A stretch of 8,042 nt of DNA from the NCBI RefSeq assembly GCF_006345805.1, contig NW_021828668.1:1-8042 (forward strand), read 5' to 3'. Every line of letters starts with the position of its first letter. The first letter of the stretch is position 1. Source of the stretch: Octopus sinensis. Its lineage: Eukaryota. The notes below the pieces were generated by a model. The model was not told the DNA's origin and did not search any database. It saw only the letters and a list, made by a program, of their open reading frames with translations. The position numbers and the translations under genes were made by a program. Below are positions 1-5,955 of this stretch, in pieces.

Positions 1-269
1 ATCGCAGAGTATACACGCAGCAAGTTTAGATGGGCTGGACAAGCGCCCAGCTCACGATAATCGGTGGACCCACGCAGTTGTCGAGTGGTACCCGCGCGAG
101 CGGAAACGACCACGGAAGGCCTCCACGACGGTGGAGTTACGATTTCAGGAGGACGATTGGGATCACGTGGATGAGAAAGTCGCGATCCAGGAGAGGAGTG
201 GACAGCGTGCTGTGACCAGCGGTGTCAATGGACGCTGACGGACTGGTCAGTCAAGGTGATCAAGGTGAT
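1..269 (+). mobile_element. 3' end of an RTE-clade non-LTR retrotransposon (LINE); frameshifted ORF C-terminus plus short tandem tail; runs off the 5' edge of the window
   Basis: Joining frames gives KFRWAGQ (frame 1) / DNRWTHAVVEWYPRERKRP (frame 2, from 56) / GRPPRRWSYDFRRTIGITWMRK (frame 3) / EEWTACC (frame 1). This matches the RTE C-terminal pattern W-AGH...D.RW...EW.PR..KR..GRP..RW.D....W.....R..W. It ends in (TCAAGGTGA)x2 at 251-268, a short-repeat tail typical of RTE elements. Confidence 0.85.
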
Positions 270-854
270 ATATACACTCGCAACAGTAAAATTACGTGGT
301 CGCTGTTGCTGAAGGCAAGCCGTCTCTGATGCGACTAATTCTACAAGAATTTCAATAAATATTATCCACCTTCATCATAATTTTTATCTTCATTTAAAAA
401 ATATTTTTGCCCCTCTATCAAAGAGGTAAAGGATCCTGCTTTTCTTAACAATCAGCATTTCTTATATGATATTTTAAGCATCAACTGTTCTCTATGTTGC
501 TTCCTTGTCTTTCTATATTCTTTCTCAATTTTAGATGTTTTCTAGTACTGACTACATTACCTGCACCGATTCACTGCCGTTTTCGACAAGTCCGCGATGT
601 TGGTTAACATTGATAAAGGTTTCCTTTATATCTTTCCAATTATTTCCATTGCACTTACTTGCTTTTGTATCTACTAATTTCTTACACCGACTGATTAACT
701 CATCCATGTGGTTTTGTAGATTTGTGAGTCAAGTGCGAAGTTCTTGTCACTTGTCTTTTAGGGGGTCTCTTTCACTGGTCAAATGATTTGGCTATATATT
801 AGTTCTTTTTTTTAATTTCCTTCCTTGCGAACTTTCAATTAGTTTTCCACTATA

Positions 855-1016
855 GGCGCAGGAGTGGCTGTGTGGTAAGTAGCTTGCTTACCAACCACAT
901 GGTTCTGGGTTCAGTTCCACTGCGTGGCACCTTGGGCAAGTGTCATCTACTATAGCCTCGGGCCGACCAAAGCTTGTGATTGGATTTGGTAGACGGAAAC
1001 TGAAAGAAGCCTGTCG

Positions 1017-1053
<37 letters not shown>

Positions 1054-1293
1054 TTGTGTGTGTGTGCGTGTGTTTGTGTGTGTGCGTGTTGGCCCCCCCC
1101 AACATCGCTTGGCAACCGATGCTGGTGTGTTTATATTCCCGTAACTTAGTGGTTCGGCTAAAGAGACGGATAGAATAAGTACAAGGCTTACAAAGAATAA
1201 GTCCTGGGGTCGATTTGCTCGACTAAAGGCGGTGCTCCAGCAAGGCCGCAGTCAAAATGACTGAAACAAGTAAAAGAGAAAAAGAGTAAAGAG
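855..1293 (+). mobile_element. Full-length tRNA-derived SINE, family A, young copy
   Basis: Pol III A-box-like TGGCTGTGTGG (865-875) and B-box-like GGTTCAGTTCC (908-918). CORE-like CCTTGGGCAAGT follows the head. Internal (TA)n(TG)n at ~1017-1090. 3' end CTGAAACAAGTAAAAGAG..(GAGTAAA). Colinear and highly similar to 5379-5841. Confidence 0.92.
1017..1090. repeat. (TA)n(TG)n microsatellite internal to SINE A
   Basis: Read directly from the sequence. Confidence 0.95.
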
Positions 1294-1586
1294 TATCCAA
1301 TTACACTCACAAGGTTAGTAAAAAGACACTTGCTTAAAATGTCGCAATGTGGGATCGAAACTAGGCGGTTATGTTGGCAAATGAAATTCTATATTTCTCG
1401 GATATACCAGCGGTCATACATACGTACATATGTTCGTACATAATTAAGCACATAAATGCACACGTACACACATGCCTATCTATGGAGTTCTCGAAATGCA
1501 GTCCTCGAAAATTTTCTTTCAGCTTCTTTCCCACTGTTGTATAGATTAAGACTAGACTTGGGCTCTTGCACAATAACTGGGTTAAT

Positions 1587-1815
1587 ATATTTCTTTATTG
1601 CCCACAAGGGGGTAAACATAGAGGGGAAAAACAAGGACAGACAAACGGATTAAGTCGATTACATCGACCCCAGTGCGCAACTGGTACTTTATTTATCGAC
1701 CCCGAAAGGATGAAAGGCAAAGTCGACCTCGGCGGAATTTGAACTCACAACGTAACGACAGACGAAATACGGCTACGCATTTCGCCTGGCGTGCTAACGT
1801 TTCTGCCAGCTCGCC
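1587..1815 (-). mobile_element. tRNA-derived SINE, family B (tail variant 1)
   Basis: Reverse complement reads GGCGAGCTGGCAGAAACGTTAGCACGCCAGGCGAAATGC...GAGTTCAAATTCCGCCGAGGTCGACTTTGCCTTTCATCCTTTCGGGGTCGATAAA..GTACCAG..CTGGGGTCGATGTAATCGACT...CCTTGTGGGCAATAAAGAAATA. It has A/B-box-like motifs and is homologous to 5086-5304, 7698-7912 and 7945-8042. Confidence 0.9.
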
Positions 1816-2021
1816 AAAAATGTATCAACTTCAAAATGTAACGGGTGAATGTTTGCGTGGAAAAAAGGACGGTGACACGCTTTAAAAATGTATCTTTCCG
1901 TTTTTGTGTAGCAGACTTACCACAGAGCAATAAATCTCTGAAATATCCAAATAGGAAAAGATGACGCATACAAACTTGACTACGTACAAAGCTATTAAGA
2001 TACAGTAGTAGACGTAGATGC

Positions 2022-2081
2022 AGACATACACGCGTACGCATACACACGCACACACACGTACACACATGCACAAACACACAT
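2022..2081. repeat. Degenerate (CA)n microsatellite
   Basis: Read directly from the sequence. Confidence 0.85.
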
Positions 2082-2174
2082 AGGAATTATGAAGCGGAAA
2101 GAAATGGGCAGGTCAGAAAAAAGATACAGAAATTTGTGTGCGTTTTTGTAAAAACATTTGTCTATATATCGTGT

Positions 2175-2237
2175 TATATATGTATGTGTGTGTACATGTA
2201 TATGTGAGCGAAAGAAAGTGTATGTATATATATAGTA

Positions 2238-2313
<76 letters not shown>
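2175..2313. repeat. (TA)n microsatellite with a degenerate TATG/TG 5' part
   Basis: Pure (TA)n from ~2244 to 2313. Confidence 0.95.
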
Positions 2314-2316
<3 letters not shown>

Positions 2317-2444
2317 AGGTAGAAACTGATATCAGCCCGGGATGTATCGTTATCGGTAAATGTTTTTGATTTTCACTCTCGATAAGTTTATCCTCTTTTG
2401 GTGTCCCCAGCACTTGGCATCTTATTTAGGAGCCCTTAATTATA

Positions 2445-2480
2445 TTTCTACATGAATAATATTTTCTATATGAATAATAT
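2445..2480. repeat. 18-bp tandem duplication TTTCTA(C/T)ATGAATAATAT x2
   Basis: 2445-2462 and 2463-2480 differ at one base. Confidence 0.85.
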
Positions 2481-2572
2481 TTTGTCTAATGACAAATTCG
2501 TCCTTTGTGCTGGGCCACTGGTACTAATCTATATCATTACCCTTTTGAGTATATTCATATATATATATATCT

Positions 2573-2603
<31 letters not shown>

Positions 2604-2611
2604 TATAGAAA

Positions 2612-2664
2612 GGAGCTTCTACAGGATAGTACTGTTTCATCAAGGAAAATATTCAGGAGCTTCA
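2612..2664 (-). ncRNA. Decayed second hammerhead motif on the opposite strand
   Basis: Reverse complement is TGAAGCTC-CTGAATA-TTTTCCTTGAT-GAAA-CAG-TACTATC-CTG-TA-GAAGCTCC. It has the same layout, but core G8 is replaced by U and stems I and II are imperfect. Confidence 0.5.
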
Positions 2665-2710
2665 CTGAAGATTTCTCTTGAATGAAACAGACTAGGCTGT
2701 AGAAGCTCTT
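2655..2710 (+). ncRNA. Minimal type I hammerhead ribozyme motif, near-intact
   Basis: Stem I is AGGAGCTTC (2655-2663) / GAAGCTCTT (2702-2710). Core is CUGAAGA (2665-2671). Stem II is TTC/GAA with loop TCTT, closed by a U-U mismatch (2672-2683). GAAA lies at 2684-2687. Stem III is ACAG/CTGT around ACTAGG, a near-palindrome. The GUA triplet (2699-2701) predicts cleavage after 2701. Deviations: an extra A at 2664 and the U-U pair at 10.1/11.1. Confidence 0.7.
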
Positions 2711-2788
2711 CTATATAATAAATAATTTACTTGCTATGTATTGAGTACCTTACTTACTGTGGTTAACCCCGGATCAACCCGGGACCTA

Positions 2789-2855
2789 CATATATATATA
2801 TAATATATATTATATAGATATATTATATATATATAGATATATATATATATATATA
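2789..2855. repeat. Imperfect (TA)n microsatellite
   Basis: Read directly from the sequence. Confidence 0.92.
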
Positions 2856-2989
2856 CAATAATGAATTTATATTTAATATAGGATAAAATTTTTTCGAAAA
2901 AAAAATTCTATCAATGGCCACCATATTACAAAATACCTTTAAAGGTTAATTACGAACAACTTCATGTCATAAGTTGCCCTTAGTATAAG

Positions 2990-3007
2990 TATATATATAT
3001 ATGTTGT

Positions 3008-3050
<43 letters not shown>

Positions 3051-3054
3051 TGTG
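2990..3054. repeat. (TA)n(TG)n microsatellite
   Basis: Read directly from the sequence. Confidence 0.92.
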
Positions 3055-3125
3055 CTGGAGAAATGGTTGTTTGTAAACCTGTCATTATGGTTGTAACGAA
3101 CAGGAATAGAGTTCAGTTAATGTCA

Positions 3126-3500
3126 AAAGGGGAAGAAGACGTCGTGAGAGCAGTTAATAAGAGTAATGATATATAGATAGACAAGTAGATAGAAAGCTAC
3201 AGGGAGAGAAAGGGAGAGGATAGAATAAAAGAGGAAGGCGGAAGGGAGTCAGACAGTCAGAAACAGGCAGTAAAGCGTACAGTATGTGGAGGTGAAGTAG
3301 AGAGAGAGTTAAGGGATTCAGGGATAGTTAAGATAGACGAAGTTTGGATAAATGGCATGTTGCGAAAGAGACGGTTAGTCGCAGGTAAAAAAAAATATAA
3401 TGCGGATGGAGATAGAGAGGAAAAGAGGAGTAATTAGAGATAAGACAGAGTAATTAGAGATAAGACAGGATAAGTAAGAGGTTGTAGAGAAGTCAGTAGC
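3126..3500. repeat. Purine-rich (GA-rich) low-complexity tract containing a perfect 20-bp tandem duplication, GAGTAATTAGAGATAAGACA x2 (3428-3467)
   Basis: Strong A/G bias on the + strand; the duplication is read directly. Confidence 0.75.
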
Positions 3501-3507
3501 GAGACGT

Positions 3508-3943
3508 GGATCTTTTCGGTTTGAACGGCAGTTTTTAACATAATTTCTAGGTAACTTAAAAATGTTAAACTTCGTATACTGGTAGAATGTGTTTATAAAA
3601 CATCTTTTTCTCTTGGTTTTCTTGACAAAATTCTGTAGTTTGTAAGATATTTGTGGTTTTTTTTCTTCAATTTCTGCAATTTCAACCAATCACTGACGTC
3701 TGTTGAGGTAAAAAAACATTCTGTGCCGTATGAATATGTCCTTAGTTTAAGAAACAGATTTGGTTTATTTACATTTGTGAAGAAAAAAAAGATACCCTTC
3801 CCCTCACCCCTAACCCTAACCCTAACTAACCCTAACCCTAAAATAGATTGAAATGCAATAGATCGATAGAAGGGTTATAATTATGGGTGACAATTTCATA
3901 TGACACCGCTAGAAAAAAACTGCCGTTCAAACCGAAAAGATCC
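3508..3943. mobile_element. Non-autonomous DNA transposon (MITE-like), 436 bp, perfect 29-bp terminal inverted repeats; superfamily unassigned
   Basis: Left TIR GGATCTTTTCGGTTTGAACGGCAGTTTTT (3508-3536) is the exact reverse complement of AAAAACTGCCGTTCAAACCGAAAAGATCC (3915-3943). The interior is AT-rich and non-coding. No target-site duplication is visible. Confidence 0.88.
3795..3841 (-). repeat. Interstitial telomere-type repeat (TTAGGG)n inside the MITE
   Basis: Five perfect CCCTAA units (3808, 3814, 3820, 3830, 3836), one truncated CTAA, and variants CCCTTC and CCCTCA. Confidence 0.9.
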
Positions 3944-3956
3944 AAAATCTGTAATG

Positions 3957-4050
3957 CGGGTTCGGTACAATTGTCTAAAACCTTTCTATCAAGGTTGCAC
4001 TCCAGCATGGTCGCAGTCCAATGACTGAAATAAGTAAAGGAGTAAAGAAT
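3957..4050 (+). mobile_element. 3'-terminal fragment of a family-A SINE
   Basis: AAGGTTGCACTCCAGCATGGTCGCAGTCCAATGACTGAAATAAGTAAAGGAGTAAAGA matches the family-A 3' end AAGGCGGTGCTCCAGCATGGCCGCAG.CAAATGACTGAAACAAGTAAAAGAGTAAAGA. Confidence 0.85.
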
Positions 4051-4321
4051 TGGTTGCGGTGAAACTAAGACCTAAACAGGAAGCAGTGCGTTTTGAACAG
4101 TTATTGGAATACGTTTTGTCGAATCTAGTTTCGAAGAGACTAAGATAGGAATTGATTTTCAAATTCTTCATCTTTTATTTCGTCTTTAATTTAATTAAAA
4201 TAATCTTTCATGATTTCTATTAATTTTTCCATTTGTTTATTCATATTTATTTGTTGATTTGTTTATTTCTTTGTGGTTTTATAATTTTGCTATTCAGAAA
4301 GGGAAATGGTTATCTTCGGCT

Positions 4322-4331
4322 TTGTGTGTGT

Positions 4332-4376
<45 letters not shown>

Positions 4377-4748
4377 TGTGTTTGTGTGTATGTGTTGTGT
4401 GTGTGTGTGTGCGTAATTATTTGTGTATATGCGTGTAATTGTAAATACGTTTGCGACTGTAATTATGTGTGCGTGTGTGTGTGAGTCTGTGTGCGAGTGA
4501 GTGTGTTTGTATGTTTGTGTGTGTGTGTGTGTGTGCGCGTGTGTGTGTGTATGTGTGTGCGCATGAGTTTGTATGTTTGTGTTTTTGTGTGTGTGTGTGT
4601 GTGTGTGCGTAATTATTTGTGTATATGCGTGTAATTGTAAATATGTATGCGAGTGTAATTACGTGTGTGTGTGTTTGTGTATATGTGTGAGTGTGTGTGT
4701 GTGTGTTTGATTATTTATAGGTAGGTGTAAATGTGTGTGTGAGTGTGA
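4322..4748. repeat. Compound (TG)n microsatellite with an internal higher-order duplication
   Basis: Long TG-based tract in which a 55-bp interruption block recurs at 4411-4465 and 4607-4661. Confidence 0.92.
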
Positions 4749-4984
4749 CAGTATTTGGTGTGTAGGTGTATCTGTGGCTGCACGTGTAATTGAGTAAGAG
4801 AAAATGTATCTTTAAATCATTGTATTATTTGAATAATATGTTTGGGATATTGTGTCTGTGTGAATAGATGTTAGAATTCAAGGACAAAAAACATAACAAA
4901 AAACAAGACAAAAAGAATCAAATAAATGAGCGCAAAATAATTAATTTTACGATATAAAGAAGATAGCGAATCTTCAGTGTGTAA

Positions 4985-5080
4985 CTCGTGTTAGTGCGTC
5001 TTTGTGTAAAAATATTTCTGAGTGATTTGGTTTCAAATCTCGACAGGGTCAACCTAGCTTTTATTATTCCATTGTGGTCA
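4985..5080 (+). mobile_element. Possible heavily diverged family-B SINE fragment
   Basis: GGTTTCAAATCTCGACAGGGTCAACCTAGCTTTTATTATTCCATTGTGGTCA resembles GAGTTCAAATTCCGCCGAGGTCGACTTTGCCTTTCATCCTTTCGGGGTCGA. Upstream GTTAGTGCGTC resembles GTTAGCACGCC. Confidence 0.4.
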
Positions 5081-5085
5081 CTGCT

Positions 5086-5304
5086 ATTGGTTTCAGATTT
5101 CGGAACAAGGCCTAGAAATTTCTGGCGAGGAGATTAAATCGACATCATCGATCCCAACGTTCATCTGGTACTTATTTCATCGACCCTGGAGGGATGAAAC
5201 ACAAATGTTAGCGACGGCAGAATTTGAACTCATAACGTGGCGCTGAAGAAATGCTACCAAGCATTTTGTCCGCTGTGCTAACGATTCTGCCAAGTCGCCG
5301 CCTT
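5086..5304 (-). mobile_element. Family-B SINE (tail variant 2), moderately diverged
   Basis: Colinear with 1650-1815 (CATCGATCCCA..CTGGTACTTATTTCATCGACCC..GGATGAAA..GAATTTGAACTCA..GTGCTAACGATTCTGCCA..TCGCCGCCTT). The tail reverse complement is AATTTCTAGGCCTTGTTCCGAAATCTGAAACCAAT. Confidence 0.87.
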
Positions 5305-5330
5305 CCCTTTGTGGCTCTATTAAAACCAAT

Positions 5331-5577
5331 TAAGGTGGTGGATTGGAAGAATCGTTTGAACGGGGAACAAAATGCATAGGTGTAGGAGTGGCTGTGTGGT
5401 AAGTAGCTTGCTTACCAACCACATGGTTCCGGGTTCAGTCCTACTGTGTGGTACCTTGGGCAAGTGTCTTCTACTATAGCCTCGGGCCGACCAAAGACTT
5501 GTGAGTGAATTTGGCAGACAAAAACTGAAAGAAGCCCGTCGTATATATGTATATATATATATATATATATATAATAT

Positions 5578-5626
<49 letters not shown>

Positions 5627-5955
5627 TTGTGAGTCTGTGTTTGTCCCGCAACATCGCTTTGACAACGATCTGGTGTGTTTTACGGTCCCCGTATCTTAGC
5701 GGTTTGGCAAAAGAGACCGATAGAATAAGTACTAGGCTTCCAAAGAATAAATCCTGAGATCGATTTGCTCGACTAAAGGCGGTGCTCCAGCATGGCCGCA
5801 GCCAAATGACGGAAACAAGTAAAAGAGTAAAGAGTAAAGAGAGCAGTATTTACTCTGGCTCTTGAAGTCTGAGTTCAAATCCTGCCATGGTCAAATTTAA
5901 TATAATCGACTCAACCCCTCTCTTTGAATTTCTGAGTTTGTACTTAATTTAGCAG
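5331..5955 (+). mobile_element. Diverged family-B SINE split into 5331-5378 and 5842-~5955 by a family-A insertion; carries an internal deletion
   Basis: TAAGGTGGTGGATTGGAAGAATCGTT...AAAATGCAT | AGCAGTATTT...TCTGAGTTCAAATCCTGCCATGGTCAA rejoins into a family-B head. It then jumps to TAATCGACTCAACCCCTCTC..AATTTCTG..TTGT, the family-B 3' region. Confidence 0.75.
5379..5841 (+). mobile_element. Full-length family-A SINE, young copy
   Basis: Same head (GGAGTGGCTGTGTGGTAAGTAGCTTGCTTACCAACCACATGGTTC), body, internal (TA)n(TG)n (~5542-5643) and (GAGTAAA)n tail as 855-1293. Confidence 0.92.

Larger units (their letters stand above)
826..1392 (-). mobile_element. Old, diverged family-A SINE fragment split into ~826-853 and ~1294-1392 by the younger copy at 855-1293
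   Basis: Removing 854-1293 rejoins AGTTTTCCACTA/TCCAATTACACTCACAAGG..TAGTAAAAAGACACTTGC..GTGGGATCGAAAC..GTTGG. This aligns with the reverse complement of the family-A 5' half (AGTTTCCGTCTACCAAATCCA..CACAAG...TAGTAGATGACACTTGCCCAAGG..GTGGAACTGAACC..GTTGG), with an internal deletion. Confidence 0.65.
2597..2788. mobile_element. Small non-autonomous element with inverted hammerhead-bearing repeats, probably derived from a Penelope-like retroelement pseudo-LTR; flanked by (TA)n on both sides
   Basis: Arms ~2604-2656 (TATAGAAAGGAGCTTCTACAGGATAGTACTGTTTCATCAAGGAAAATATTCAG) and 2665-2716 (reverse complement TATAGAAGAGCTTCTACAGCCTAGTCTGTTTCATTCAAGAGAAATCTTCAG) form an imperfect palindrome with an 8-nt loop. 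The right arm continues ~70 bp in unique sequence up to the next (TA)n. The Penelope assignment is inferred from the ribozyme type. Confidence 0.6.

Noticed and set aside
855-925. tRNA gene-like A and B boxes
   Set aside because: No complete cloverleaf or terminator; these are SINE heads continuing into SINE bodies.
888-1149. ORFs 888-1115 (-) and 940-1149 (+), and similar ORFs at 5412-5665 and 6450-6777
   Set aside because: Translations of SINE A and its microsatellite; their mutual similarity (e.g. GRPEAIV.DTCPR) reflects the repeat, not a gene family.
2486-2525. CTAATGA followed by a CAAA..TTTG stem as a further hammerhead
   Set aside because: The core is mutated and no GAAA or stem III follows.
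2604-2716. Pre-miRNA or ordinary MITE interpretation of the hairpin
   Set aside because: The arms are explained by inverted hammerhead motifs, and the element extends asymmetrically to ~2788; no small-RNA evidence is available.
3428-3467. Direct repeats as a CRISPR-like array
   Set aside because: Only two adjacent units with no spacers, in a eukaryotic context; a simple tandem duplication.
3795-3841. True telomere or chromosome-fusion scar
   Set aside because: Only five perfect units, in a single orientation, enclosed within transposon TIRs.
4233-4484. Cys/Val-rich ORFs here and at 1745-2079 and 6657-7092
   Set aside because: Dinucleotide and tetranucleotide microsatellite translations.
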